DNA of 64,000 nucleotides, from positions 2,881 through 66,880 of the forward strand of contig JAZRCL010000097.1 of NCBI GenBank assembly GCA_045659745.1, written 5' to 3'. The translations under genes and the position numbers were made by a program. Positions 8,579-17,658 of this stretch are shown here, piece after piece (position 1 is the first letter of the stretch; every line of letters begins with the position of its first letter). The notes beneath the pieces are model-generated. The model saw only the letters and a list, made by a program, of their open reading frames with translations, was not told the DNA's origin and searched no databases. This stretch comes from Eubacteriales bacterium. GTDB taxonomy: Bacteria; Bacillota; Clostridia; Oscillospirales; CAG-272.

Positions 8579-8593
8579 AGTTCAAATCTGGCC
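8579..8593 (+). repeat. Direct 15-nt echo of the tRNA-Gln T-arm segment
   Basis: AGTTCAAATCTGGCC is identical at 8462-8476 (inside the tRNA) and 8579-8593. Confidence 0.85.
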
Positions 8594-8643
8594 GAAGTTT
8601 TTAATTACTTTGAAGCGAGGCGCGTAAATCCGGATTTTATTGC

Positions 8644-8672
8644 TTGAAATATTTACAAAATTGTAGTATAAT
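8644..8672 (+). promoter_or_regulatory. Sigma-A-type promoter for the DUF4259-like gene
   Basis: TTGAAA (8644-8649), 17 nt, TATAAT (8667-8672). GGGGG-type RBS before the ATG at 8694. Confidence 0.5.
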
Positions 8673-8693
8673 GGTAAAAAAGGGGGTATAGTT

Positions 8694-9542
8694 ATGGGCG
8701 CATGGGGAACAGGTATAAAACAAAGCGATGAATTTATGGATGTGTACGACGAATTCTTTGAACTGTATAAAGACGATGCTGTTGCCATAGATATATATCA
8801 TACGATTTTAACTGAATATCAAGCAGAATTTTCTGATGAAGAATCTTCTACGATGCTCTATACCGTGTACTATGCATTGGCACAGTGCCTCTGGGAGTGC
8901 GGTGTCAAAGATGATTGGCTATGGCAAAAAATTAAGGATATCATAGATACAGACTTGGATTTGAAATTCTGGAACGAGCTCGGATTGGAACCACAGCTTG
9001 AAAAGAGCCGACGTAAAGCACTGCTAAAGTTTTGGGAAAAGATCAATTCCGAGAACGCAAAAATTAAAAAACCTAAAAAGTCAACCGCAAAGCGAGAACC
9101 AACCTTACATAAAGGCGATTTATATGCCTATGTATGCGAAAATGGTTATCGCGTCGCACTGGTTTTAGACTTTGTTTGGGATTCATATTTGACCGCAATA
9201 TCGGAAGAAATCATGGATCACGTGCCGGAAGAAGCCGAAGCCATGCTTTTATACACCCGCACTTTAACATGGTTTTCCGTCAGAGCGTCTATTCCGAAAA
9301 AGGATAGAATCATTATATCAACCTTGAATATTACCGGAAATTATAATAATAGAGCAGGACTACTGTTTTCCCCCTCAATGATTGGATGTTCAAGTATAGG
9401 TGAAAGAGAATTTTTCTTCAACCTAAATGCTGCAAATCAATGTATGGAAAGAAACAAAATAGGACGATATCAATTCACAGAATTGCTCAATCCGGAAATC
9501 CTTCCCAAATATCATTCGCAGGTAAACGCAGATTTGCTTTAA
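8694..9542 (+). CDS. Hypothetical protein with a DUF4259-like N-terminus
   Basis: Begins MGAWGTGIKQSDEFMDVYDEF, resembling the DUF4259 N-terminal signature from memory. A/T-rich codon usage; no other recognisable motif. Confidence 0.65.
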   Translation: MGAWGTGIKQSDEFMDVYDEFFELYKDDAVAIDIYHTILTEYQAEFSDEESSTMLYTVYYALAQCLWECGVKDDWLWQKIKDIIDTDLDLKFWNELGLEPQLEKSRRKALLKFWEKINSENAKIKKPKKSTAKREPTLHKGDLYAYVCENGYRVALVLDFVWDSYLTAISEEIMDHVPEEAEAMLLYTRTLTWFSVRASIPKKDRIIISTLNITGNYNNRAGLLFSPSMIGCSSIGEREFFFNLNAANQCMERNKIGRYQFTELLNPEILPKYHSQVNADLL

Positions 9543-9675
9543 TTACATAGTTTCGTTTGCTAGCATAGCAATAAAAGTCCGGTAGAACACGGATGCTTTT
9601 AATTCATACACGACATCCCCTCGCCACAAAAACTTTGCTTCTAAACAGCACACATATCACATCAGGTACCTTCAC

Positions 9676-10851
9676 ATGTCCACTCTACTTTTAGTTTTAA
9701 TATACATCTGCTTTATAAGTCTCGGTCTGCCCGACTCGCTGCTCGGCTCAGCTTGGCCTGTGCTGCACGAGGAAATATGCGTTCCTATGTCCTACGCGGG
9801 CATCATATCTATGGTGATTTGTCTGGGAACGATACTCTCCAGCCTTTTCAGCGACAGATTGCTCCGAAAATTCGGCACGGGCAAAGTGACCGCGGTCAGC
9901 GTTATGCTTACCGCCATTGGCCTTTTCGGTTTTTCAATCAGCAATCAGTTCTGGATGCTGATAGTTTGTGCGATACCCTACGGACTTGGCGCGGGCGGTG
10001 TTGACGCGATACTGAACAACTACGTCGCGCTTCATTACAAGGCTCAGCATATGAGCTGGCTTCACTGTATGTGGGGAGTTGGCGCGTCTATCAGTCCGTA
10101 CATTATGAGCTTTGCGCTCGTACGTCTTGACGGTTGGAGCTACGGCTATCTTATAGTTTCAATCATTCAGGCGGTGCTTTGCGCTTTCATATTTATAAGT
10201 CTGCCCGTCTGGAGACGGGCGGAGCGCGCCGACTCGGCAAGCGACATTCAGGAGCAGTCGCCTCCCCTATCGTTCAGAGAAATATTCTCAATTAAAAATG
10301 CGCTTCCCTGCTTTCTTATGTTCTTCGGCTACTGCGCGCTTGAGCTGACGACGTCTCTTTGGACAAGCAGCTATCTCGTGCAAAAATGGGAGTTTGCCCC
10401 CGAGGTTGCGGCAGGACTTGCGAGTATGTACTACTTGGGTCTTACGTTTGGAAGATTTGTCAACGGCTTTCTCGCTATGAAGCTCGGCGACCATTTTCTG
10501 ATAAGAATGGGGCTGGGCATAATCTCGGTGGGAATTATACTACTCTTTATTCCCGCAAGCTCTATATTTGCGCTGATTGGCTTTATACTGATAGGCTTAG
10601 GCTGTGCGCCCGTGTATCCTTGCATTATACATATGACCCCCGACGTCTTTGGAAGAGACAAATCTCAGGCAATGATAGGCGTGCAGATGGCATTTGCTTA
10701 CGTGGGCTTTCTTGTAATGCCCCCGCTGTTCGGTCTTATTGCAGAACACATCTCAATTTCACTTTTGCCCGTGTATTTGTTAATTCTCCTCGCGTGTATA
10801 ATTGTTATGCACGAGATATTGATGCGCAATCTGGCAAAAAATAATAAGTGA
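9676..10851 (+). CDS. MFS transporter
   Basis: 391 aa, about 12 hydrophobic segments in a 6+6 layout with a central hydrophilic loop (RRAERADSASDIQEQ). Confidence 0.85.
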   Translation: MSTLLLVLIYICFISLGLPDSLLGSAWPVLHEEICVPMSYAGIISMVICLGTILSSLFSDRLLRKFGTGKVTAVSVMLTAIGLFGFSISNQFWMLIVCAIPYGLGAGGVDAILNNYVALHYKAQHMSWLHCMWGVGASISPYIMSFALVRLDGWSYGYLIVSIIQAVLCAFIFISLPVWRRAERADSASDIQEQSPPLSFREIFSIKNALPCFLMFFGYCALELTTSLWTSSYLVQKWEFAPEVAAGLASMYYLGLTFGRFVNGFLAMKLGDHFLIRMGLGIISVGIILLFIPASSIFALIGFILIGLGCAPVYPCIIHMTPDVFGRDKSQAMIGVQMAFAYVGFLVMPPLFGLIAEHISISLLPVYLLILLACIIVMHEILMRNLAKNNK

Positions 10852-10860
10852 ATAATCTTA

Positions 10861-10894
10861 AAAACGGCGTCACGAATGACGCCGTTTTGTTTTA
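10861..10894 (+). terminator. Rho-independent terminator after the MFS gene
   Basis: ACGGCGTCA-CGAA-TGACGCCGT followed by TTTTGTTTT. Confidence 0.8.
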
Positions 10895-11009
10895 GAAGCA
10901 AATTTCAATTCTTAATAATTCTTAAAAAAGCTACAATATCCTATATTTCCCATCAAAATATGCTATAATATGACAGAAAACGACTAGTTTTTTACTTTTT
11001 GGAGATTTT

Positions 11010-11804
11010 ATGGGAGTTTTAGTAAACGGTATAAAAGAATTTTTTGGTTTTGGCGGCTATCAGCGCACCCCCGAGGGCGCGTACTCGTGGCAGCATATAC
11101 TTTTCGTTTCTATTATGCTTGCCGCAATGCTTGCTTTGTCCATCTGGCTCGGTATCAGTCACCGCAACAAGAGCTACGAGCAGAAAAACAAGGTGCTTGT
11201 CTGGGCGGCGATACTTATAGACAGCTTTGAAATATTCAAAATAATTATGGGTTGCGCAGTTACGGGCGACCCTATGCATTGGACTATACAGCTTCCCCTG
11301 TTTTTGTGCAGTATTCAGCTCATCACAATTCCGCTTGCTGCGTTCGGCCGCGGAAGACTTAAGGACGCGTCCCTTGATTTCGTGCTTATCTTTGGTATAC
11401 TCGGCGGAGTGCTGGGTACAGTCGGCGCGGCGCAAAACTACAACGCATACCCCGTGCTTTCATTTGACAACATGGTGTCCGCAACCACTCACTGTATTTC
11501 CGCGTTTGCGTCCCTGTATATAGCAATATCGGGAATGACGAGTATGAAAAAGAGAAATATGCCAATCGCATTTTCAATTCTCGGCTTTTTCTGCGTCGCG
11601 GCATTCACCGTCAACAAGATCATTGACTACAACTATATGTTCCTTGTCAGGGGAGACGGAACACCCTACGACATACTGTATAATCTTGTCGGCGGTCATC
11701 CCGTGTTCTACCCTCTTTGCGTGGTTCTGATTTTTCTGATATACATATCCGCGTTTTACGGAATATACTTTTTGTGCAAAAAAAAAGCAAAGAGCGAAAA
11801 TTAA
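11010..11804 (+). CDS. Multi-pass integral membrane protein (possibly YwaF/TIGR02206-like; family assignment uncertain)
   Basis: 264 aa, about 7 TM segments, GGAG RBS. No catalytic motif recognised. Confidence 0.7.
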   Translation: MGVLVNGIKEFFGFGGYQRTPEGAYSWQHILFVSIMLAAMLALSIWLGISHRNKSYEQKNKVLVWAAILIDSFEIFKIIMGCAVTGDPMHWTIQLPLFLCSIQLITIPLAAFGRGRLKDASLDFVLIFGILGGVLGTVGAAQNYNAYPVLSFDNMVSATTHCISAFASLYIAISGMTSMKKRNMPIAFSILGFFCVAAFTVNKIIDYNYMFLVRGDGTPYDILYNLVGGHPVFYPLCVVLIFLIYISAFYGIYFLCKKKAKSEN

Positions 11805-11810
11805 AATATA

Positions 11811-11860
11811 GCCCAATGGCAACATAATCTCTAAAAAGGAGCTGCCGTTGGGCTTTTTTT
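11811..11860 (+). terminator. Probable terminator (large-loop hairpin + T7)
   Basis: GCCCAATGGCA (11811-11821) pairs with TGCCGTTGGGC (11843-11853, one G-U), then TTTTTTT. Confidence 0.55.
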
Positions 11861-11983
11861 ATGGTTATTTTGAGGATAAAGTGAACTGTGTCTGTTGACA
11901 ATCCCCTCGGCTTATGATAAAATAAAGGTATATTATACGGTTAGAATTTTTCCCGACTTATTTGGAAAGGAATGGTTATTGAA

Positions 11984-14900
11984 ATGAAGAAGCGTTTAAC
12001 CTGGATATTGGTCTGTTCTCTCCTGCTCGGAGTGCTTTCCTCGTGTAATCAAAATCCACCCGCGCCGACTCCCACGTCGACTCCAACAGAGCAACCGACT
12101 GAAAAGCCCACCGAAAAGCCGACGGAAAAACCGACGGAAAAACCGACCGAAAAGCCGACCGAAAAGCCGACGGAAACTCAGCCTACGCAGACTCCTACTG
12201 AGGCGCCCACAGAGAATCCTACAGAAGCTCCCACACAGACTCCTACCGAGACGCCCACTGAGCCTCCTACAGAAGCTCCCACACAGGCTCCTACCGAGGC
12301 GCCCACAGAGCCTCCCACGGAAGCTCCCACACAGGCTCCTACCGAAGCGCCCACTGAAGCTCCCACAGAAGCTCCTACAGAAGCTCCTACAGAAGCTCCT
12401 ACAGAAGCTCCTACAGAGAAGCCCACTGAAGCTCCCACAGAAGCTCCTACAGAAGCTCCTACAGAGAAGCCCACTGAAGCTCCCACAGAAGCTCCTACAG
12501 AAGCTCCTACAGAGAAGCCCACTGAAAAACCGGTTCCTCAATTCGACAATTGCATCAATCTGTCAGATTCTCAAACCATTTCGTCAAGTCTTGCGGGAGC
12601 TCACAATCTTCACGTAGACGTCGACGACGGCTATGCAAGCCTGGCGTTTACAGACTCAGGCAGTGGATATTCTGATGATCCCTTCTTTTTGCTTAAGCTT
12701 CCATCGCTCCAACTGAACTGTCAGAAATATCCGTATTTTGCAATCCTGGTAAAAACCAACGATCCCTCCATCAAGGGAGAGCTTCGTTTCAAAACCACCG
12801 CAACAGGAAGCAACTATCCGTGTCAGCCCTTCACTCACCAGCTTACCGACGACTGGCAGCTTATAGTCTGCAAGCTGACCGATCTGAGCACGATGATATA
12901 CGCGCCAACCAATTTACCTTATTTCGGCAATTATACCGAGCTAAGATTTGATTTGTACAGTGCCGACTCATCGAGCTCCGGCCGACTTCCTGTAAGCGTG
13001 CAATACTACATAAAGGCTTACGCGTTTTTTGAGACAGCTGAAGCTGCCGCAGAACTTATACAACTCAAACCAGATTCTTCTAACGAGGAGAACCCCAACG
13101 TGAATTATCAAGATTTTTGGCTTGGCGAGCAATTTGAAACCCCCGCAAATAACAAGAAAATGAATTGGCTTGCCTACGGCTTTGGAACAAGCACCGCCCC
13201 CATCGACAGATTTTTGTCTCAGGGCTACGGCGGCATAGTTTCCAACGTAAATTTCAATCAAAATTATCTCAAGGACCCCCATGAGTTTGCTATTCTCAAG
13301 AACGTGTATGATTACGCGGCAAGCAAGGATATGGTTCTTTGGATATACGACGAATATCAGTGGCCCAGCGGCAAGGCATACGGTCTTGTCCTCGACCGTC
13401 AGCCAGGACGAGAGTGGGAAGCCACGGGTATTGAGCATATCGTCCTAACAGGTACGGGCGGAGTCGCATCCTATACCCTGGGCGACAAAAACGGAAAGCA
13501 TATAGAGTTGGGCATCATGCAGGCCATCCTTACGGACACCTCGGGCTCTGTAAATCTTAAGGTCAACTATGACGGCAGCGTATCCGCTGATGCGTCCGGC
13601 GAGTGGAGGCTTGATATATATCTTCTTCGCTATACTTATAACGAGGTCGAGAACAGAACCGACTTTACGACTCTTCGTGACGTTGACCTTCTCAATCCCG
13701 AGGCAGTCAAGTGCTTTATTGAACTCACGCACCAGCAGTACAAGGATAATTTCGGTGAATCCTTCAAAAATATTACGGCGTTCTTTACTGACGAGCCCCA
13801 GCTCGGAAACAGAGGCATGGCAGACTATGTCGTCTGGACGGACGGCCTTGCGGAGAGATTTTATGAAACCTATGGCTATGAGATAAATATTCCCAGTCTG
13901 TTCTCAGGCTCCGAGGTTTACGACCGAATGATAAGACTCAATTACTATCAGCTTATCGCTAATATGTTCAAGGAATCCTATATCGACCAGATAACCGAAT
14001 GGTGCGAGGCGAACGGCGTCGCGTCGTCGGGACACCTTCTGTTTGAGGAGGATATGAACGACCATATCGAGACCTACGGCGGCAACTTTATGCAGGTAGT
14101 AGGCGGCATGTCCATCCCCGGTGCTGACGTTCTCTGGGTTGACCCCTACAATCTTCTCAGACAAAACTTTATCGGGAACTATATGGGACTCCGCTACGTC
14201 TCCTCCGCTGCTAAAAACACAGGCAAGAACGACGTAATGATAGAATTCAATCCCAATGCGGTAAGCGCTCTTGATAATTACGAGGATAAACTCGGCGTCT
14301 CTATCGCGGGACTTTCCATAACGCGACTGCTCGGTACGAATATATATAACGTCATAAATCCGACAAGAGACTATACCATCGCAGAGCTCAATGAGATGAA
14401 CACTTATATAGGTCGTCTTAACACAATTCTTGACGAAACGGTTGAGTGCGGAGAGCTCGGAATATTCTATCCCATTGCTACAGTTCAGGCATACCACGAC
14501 GCAGACAGCGATCACTCCTCCGAAACAGGCAAGGGCGACACCAACGCGAGCGAAATCAACACAAATTACGAAAAGCTTTGCCTGGCGCTGTTGCAAAACC
14601 AGCTTCTCTTTACAGTTCTTGACGACGAGAGTATCTCTCAGGCGAAGATTACAGAGGACGGAAAAATGGTCATCGGTCTTGGAAGCTACTCTGTAATAGT
14701 TATTCCCTTTACAGAGTATATGTCAGTTGAGGCTCTCCAAAAGCTTGCCGACTTTGCAAATGCCGGTGGCAAGGTATTCTTCTTTAAGTCCAATATAACC
14801 CACGGTCTTGAGCTCGGTCAAGAGGAGGAAATTGCAAGCATTCTTACAAGCTTTGAAAAATCCACCGCGGCTTCTATATCAGCTCTGCCGAGAAAGGTAA

Positions 14901-15187
14901 AAGAAGTTCTTTCCACAAGCATCATCACTACAGTGCGCAGCGGAGAAACCAAAGATCTCTTAATGGGTGACTTCGCCTCGAATACCCACGACGTATCCTT
15001 CCTCGTCAACACAAATGATACGGATATGACGGTGCAGTGGAGCTACACCGACGGATATACGGGAACAGCGACCATCTACTACCCGGGATCAGGCAACATC
15101 GAAACTATTGATCTTTCTCAGGGCACCACAGAAGTAATTATTCCCGCATATCAGGGCGTTTTGATAGTGCGCGAAAATACAAATTAA
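11984..15187 (+). CDS. Large secreted lipoprotein: lipobox, about 158-aa Pro/Thr/Glu linker, CBM-like module, putative glycoside-hydrolase-like catalytic region
   Basis: ORF 11972..15187; ATG 11984 (MKKRLTWILVCSLLLGVLSSC) preferred. PTE(A/K) repeats. Downstream segments such as IYDEYQWPSGKAYG and AFFTDEPQLG resemble uncharacterised GH-like proteins (weak, from memory). Confidence 0.8.
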   Translation: MKKRLTWILVCSLLLGVLSSCNQNPPAPTPTSTPTEQPTEKPTEKPTEKPTEKPTEKPTEKPTETQPTQTPTEAPTENPTEAPTQTPTETPTEPPTEAPTQAPTEAPTEPPTEAPTQAPTEAPTEAPTEAPTEAPTEAPTEAPTEKPTEAPTEAPTEAPTEKPTEAPTEAPTEAPTEKPTEKPVPQFDNCINLSDSQTISSSLAGAHNLHVDVDDGYASLAFTDSGSGYSDDPFFLLKLPSLQLNCQKYPYFAILVKTNDPSIKGELRFKTTATGSNYPCQPFTHQLTDDWQLIVCKLTDLSTMIYAPTNLPYFGNYTELRFDLYSADSSSSGRLPVSVQYYIKAYAFFETAEAAAELIQLKPDSSNEENPNVNYQDFWLGEQFETPANNKKMNWLAYGFGTSTAPIDRFLSQGYGGIVSNVNFNQNYLKDPHEFAILKNVYDYAASKDMVLWIYDEYQWPSGKAYGLVLDRQPGREWEATGIEHIVLTGTGGVASYTLGDKNGKHIELGIMQAILTDTSGSVNLKVNYDGSVSADASGEWRLDIYLLRYTYNEVENRTDFTTLRDVDLLNPEAVKCFIELTHQQYKDNFGESFKNITAFFTDEPQLGNRGMADYVVWTDGLAERFYETYGYEINIPSLFSGSEVYDRMIRLNYYQLIANMFKESYIDQITEWCEANGVASSGHLLFEEDMNDHIETYGGNFMQVVGGMSIPGADVLWVDPYNLLRQNFIGNYMGLRYVSSAAKNTGKNDVMIEFNPNAVSALDNYEDKLGVSIAGLSITRLLGTNIYNVINPTRDYTIAELNEMNTYIGRLNTILDETVECGELGIFYPIATVQAYHDADSDHSSETGKGDTNASEINTNYEKLCLALLQNQLLFTVLDDESISQAKITEDGKMVIGLGSYSVIVIPFTEYMSVEALQKLADFANAGGKVFFFKSNITHGLELGQEEEIASILTSFEKSTAASISALPRKVKEVLSTSIITTVRSGETKDLLMGDFASNTHDVSFLVNTNDTDMTVQWSYTDGYTGTATIYYPGSGNIETIDLSQGTTEVIIPAYQGVLIVRENTN
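12056..12530 (+). repeat. In-frame low-complexity tandem repeat encoding (P/K/A)-T-E-(A/K/P)-P-T-E linker
   Basis: 12-nt periodic units (CCCACAGAAGCT / CCGACCGAAAAG variants) read directly. Contiguous, with no spacers. Confidence 0.95.
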
Positions 15188-15199
15188 ACAGAAAATTAA

Positions 15200-15238
15200 A
15201 CACAAAAGGACACTTTCCGGTGTCCTTTTGTGTTTTCT
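15200..15238 (+). terminator. Rho-independent terminator after the PT-rich lipoprotein gene
   Basis: ACACAAAAGGACAC-TTTCCG-GTGTCCTTTTGTGT, a 14-bp stem followed by TTTCTC. Confidence 0.8.
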
Positions 15239-15284
15239 CTTTTGAATTGGAAAAAATTAATTTTGAGATAATACGCTCACCCAC

Positions 15285-15314
15285 TTGACAACCGCAATCG
15301 GTATATGATACAAT
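15285..15314 (+). promoter_or_regulatory. Sigma-A-type promoter for the patatin gene
   Basis: TTGACA (15285-15290), 18 nt, TGaTACAAT (hexamer 15309-15314). Confidence 0.55.
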
Positions 15315-15356
15315 GATTAAGCGCGTGTCAAAATAAGTCGAAGAAAGGAGCGCTTT

Positions 15357-16220
15357 ATGCCTAAAATAGGAATAGTTCTCGCAGGCGGCGGTAGCCGAGG
15401 ACCCTACGAGCTTGGCTGTCTTAAGGCCATAGAAGACTTTTTCGGTCGCGAATCAATAAAGTGTATAAGCGCATCCTCAATAGGTGTTCTCAACGCCTAC
15501 GCCTTCGGCACCAACCAAACCGACATACTGATGCAGGAATGGAAGAATATTGACGTGACAAACGCAGGTCGCTTTATTTTCTCATATCCAAGCATTCCCG
15601 ATATGGTGGTGAAGATACGCTCTCTTATTCCCGACAAAGTAATACTTCCCTACGAAATGTTTGGAACAGTCTGGAATTTTACCGACAGGAAGGTGGAATA
15701 TATCCCCTTCCACGAGCTTTCCGCTCCTCTTATGAGAGACTATATGTGCGCCGCACTCGCAGTGCCGATATTCAACAAGGGAATTCGTCTTAACGGCAGA
15801 ACTCTGCTCGACGGAGCCGCTCTTGATAATATACCCGTCTACCCCCTCGTAAACCGAGATCTTGACTATATTTTCGTCATATATTTTGACGGTCACAGCT
15901 ATATGTTCGAGAGCGAGGAGTTTGACAGAAAGGTTATCAAGCTCTACAATTTCCCCAACCAGGGAACGTGGGACAGCATAGTTTTCGACCCCAACCGAGT
16001 CGATAATATGTACGAATTCGGCGTGAAATATACTGACGAGGTATTGCGCGAGCTGTTTATTTCCGACGATCCCGAGGTCGTTTATCAGAATATCAGGGAG
16101 CACGAGGCCGAAAACCGCAAAAACAGAGAAAAGCGACTTACATCCGATGTGGTTCTCAGTAGCATAAACACTATGACACGACGCTACGCAAAGAGAATGT
16201 CCAAGCGTAAAAAGCTGTAA
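15357..16220 (+). CDS. Patatin-like phospholipase
   Basis: Oxyanion motif LAGGGSRGPYELG, nucleophile elbow SASSIG (AxSxG variant), catalytic DGAALDN. Confidence 0.9.
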   Translation: MPKIGIVLAGGGSRGPYELGCLKAIEDFFGRESIKCISASSIGVLNAYAFGTNQTDILMQEWKNIDVTNAGRFIFSYPSIPDMVVKIRSLIPDKVILPYEMFGTVWNFTDRKVEYIPFHELSAPLMRDYMCAALAVPIFNKGIRLNGRTLLDGAALDNIPVYPLVNRDLDYIFVIYFDGHSYMFESEEFDRKVIKLYNFPNQGTWDSIVFDPNRVDNMYEFGVKYTDEVLRELFISDDPEVVYQNIREHEAENRKNREKRLTSDVVLSSINTMTRRYAKRMSKRKKL

Positions 16221-16230
16221 TCTTATACAA

Positions 16231-16265
16231 ACAGGCGTGAGTTTGACACTCGCGCCTGTTTTTTC
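16231..16265 (+). terminator. Rho-independent terminator after the patatin gene
   Basis: ACAGGCGTGAG-TTTGACA-CTCGCGCCTGT (one G-U) followed by TTTTTT. Confidence 0.8.
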
Positions 16266-16437
16266 GACAAAAATCACCATAATTCTAAAAAATTTACAAA
16301 GGGTTAATTTTGAGTTTTATTTAATATGATAATATTGATATGGTATAATGTGATAGGTGTATGATTTTTTGCATTGTAAAAAGTCTGTATTTGTCATAAA
16401 TCCATACCGAAATCAAGATGATTTTGAGGAAACGTAT

Positions 16438-17658
16438 ATGAGCGGAAAGAAATCAAAGAAAAAGTGGGTAAAGCCGCGTCACCACGTAGTGACCTTCCTT
16501 TTGCGATACACCCTTGGAGTATATTCCCGCCTGAGATACAATATCAAGGTGGAGAAATTCAAGGATCAGCAAAAGCGCCCGTATCTTATTTTGTTAAATC
16601 ATCAAACGGCGTTTGACCAGTTCTTCGTAGGTCTGGCATTCAAGGGACCGCTTTATTATCTTGCGTCCGAGGACTTGTTCTCAAAGGGCTGGCTGTCCTC
16701 TCTTATAAAGTTCCTCGTCGAGCCCATACCGATAAAAAAGCAGACCACAGATATAAGAGCTATTCTTAATTGCATAAAGGTCTCAAAGGAGGGCGGAAGC
16801 ATCGCTATCGCTCCCGAGGGACACCGCACGTACTGCGGAAAGACCGTATATATGAGCCCGTCTATTGTAATGCTTGCCCGCAAGCTGAACGTCCCTATAC
16901 TGCTTTTCAGAATTGAGGGCGGATACGGCGTGCACCCTCGTTGGAGTGACGTCGTCAGACGCGGTAAGATGCGCGGATATATCTCGCGCGTCATATATCC
17001 CGAAGAGTACAAAGAAATGTCAGACGATGAGCTTTTCACAATCATCAGTGAGGAGCTGTACGTCAATGAAGCAAAGGACGACGGCGAATACCGCCACAAA
17101 AAGCTCGCCGAATATCTTGAGCGCGCGATGTACGTGTGTCCCTTCTGCGGACTTTCGGAGTTTGAAAGCCACGGCGACATTATTGAGTGTAAAAAATGCC
17201 ACAGGCAGATAAGATATCTCAAAAACAAAAAGCTTGAGGGCGAGGGATTTGAATTCCCGTACGAATTTGTGTCGGATTGGTACGACTATCAGAAGGACTT
17301 TGTCAACAGTCTGGATGTGACGTCAATGACCGACACACCGATTTATATCGACACTGCCAGCTTTTCCGAGGAGATAGTTTACAAGAAAAAGCTGCTCCTG
17401 CATAAAAACGTAAATATTTCTCTGTACGGAGATAAAATTATAATAACCGCCGAGGATAAAGAGACGTACTATCTCCCCTTTGGCGAAATATCCACCCTTA
17501 CTGTGCTTGGTAAAAACAAGCTTAATATATATTACGACGGCCACATTTATCAGGTCAAGGGAGGAAAGAGATTTAATGCGCTCAAGTACGTAAATCTTTT
17601 CTTCCGCCACAAAAACATCACCAAAGGAGATAAAAATGATACATTTTTGGGACTCTAA
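16438..17658 (+). CDS. Lysophospholipid/1-acylglycerol-3-phosphate acyltransferase family protein with a C-terminal zinc-ribbon extension
   Basis: ORF 16357..17658; ATG 16438 preferred. NHQTAFDQ (HX4D) and IAPEGHR motifs. CPFCG...CKKCH in the about 190-aa C-terminal extension. Confidence 0.85.
   Translation: MSGKKSKKKWVKPRHHVVTFLLRYTLGVYSRLRYNIKVEKFKDQQKRPYLILLNHQTAFDQFFVGLAFKGPLYYLASEDLFSKGWLSSLIKFLVEPIPIKKQTTDIRAILNCIKVSKEGGSIAIAPEGHRTYCGKTVYMSPSIVMLARKLNVPILLFRIEGGYGVHPRWSDVVRRGKMRGYISRVIYPEEYKEMSDDELFTIISEELYVNEAKDDGEYRHKKLAEYLERAMYVCPFCGLSEFESHGDIIECKKCHRQIRYLKNKKLEGEGFEFPYEFVSDWYDYQKDFVNSLDVTSMTDTPIYIDTASFSEEIVYKKKLLLHKNVNISLYGDKIIITAEDKETYYLPFGEISTLTVLGKNKLNIYYDGHIYQVKGGKRFNALKYVNLFFRHKNITKGDKNDTFLGL

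Noticed and set aside
8487-9675. Integrated mobile element or prophage at tRNA-Gln
   Set aside because: tRNA 3'-end echoes exist and are reported as a finding. However, there is no integrase, recombinase, phage or conjugation gene between them or nearby, so at most this is a scar.
12056-12530. Possible CRISPR-like periodic repeat
   Set aside because: The units are 12 nt, contiguous and in-frame, with no unique spacers. The region lies inside a coding sequence and no cas genes are nearby. It is a low-complexity protein linker.
11996-12541. Minus-strand ORFs (181 aa and 114 aa) rich in RSFCG/GASV repeats
   Set aside because: They are antisense readings of the PTE tandem-repeat linker. They are purely repeat-generated, with no start context.
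15357-16220. Patatin-like phospholipase as a defence-system effector (CBASS-type or similar)
   Set aside because: There is no nucleotidyltransferase/cyclase, sensor, ATPase or other defence partner in the neighbourhood. The gene has its own promoter and terminator and sits among housekeeping and lipid genes.
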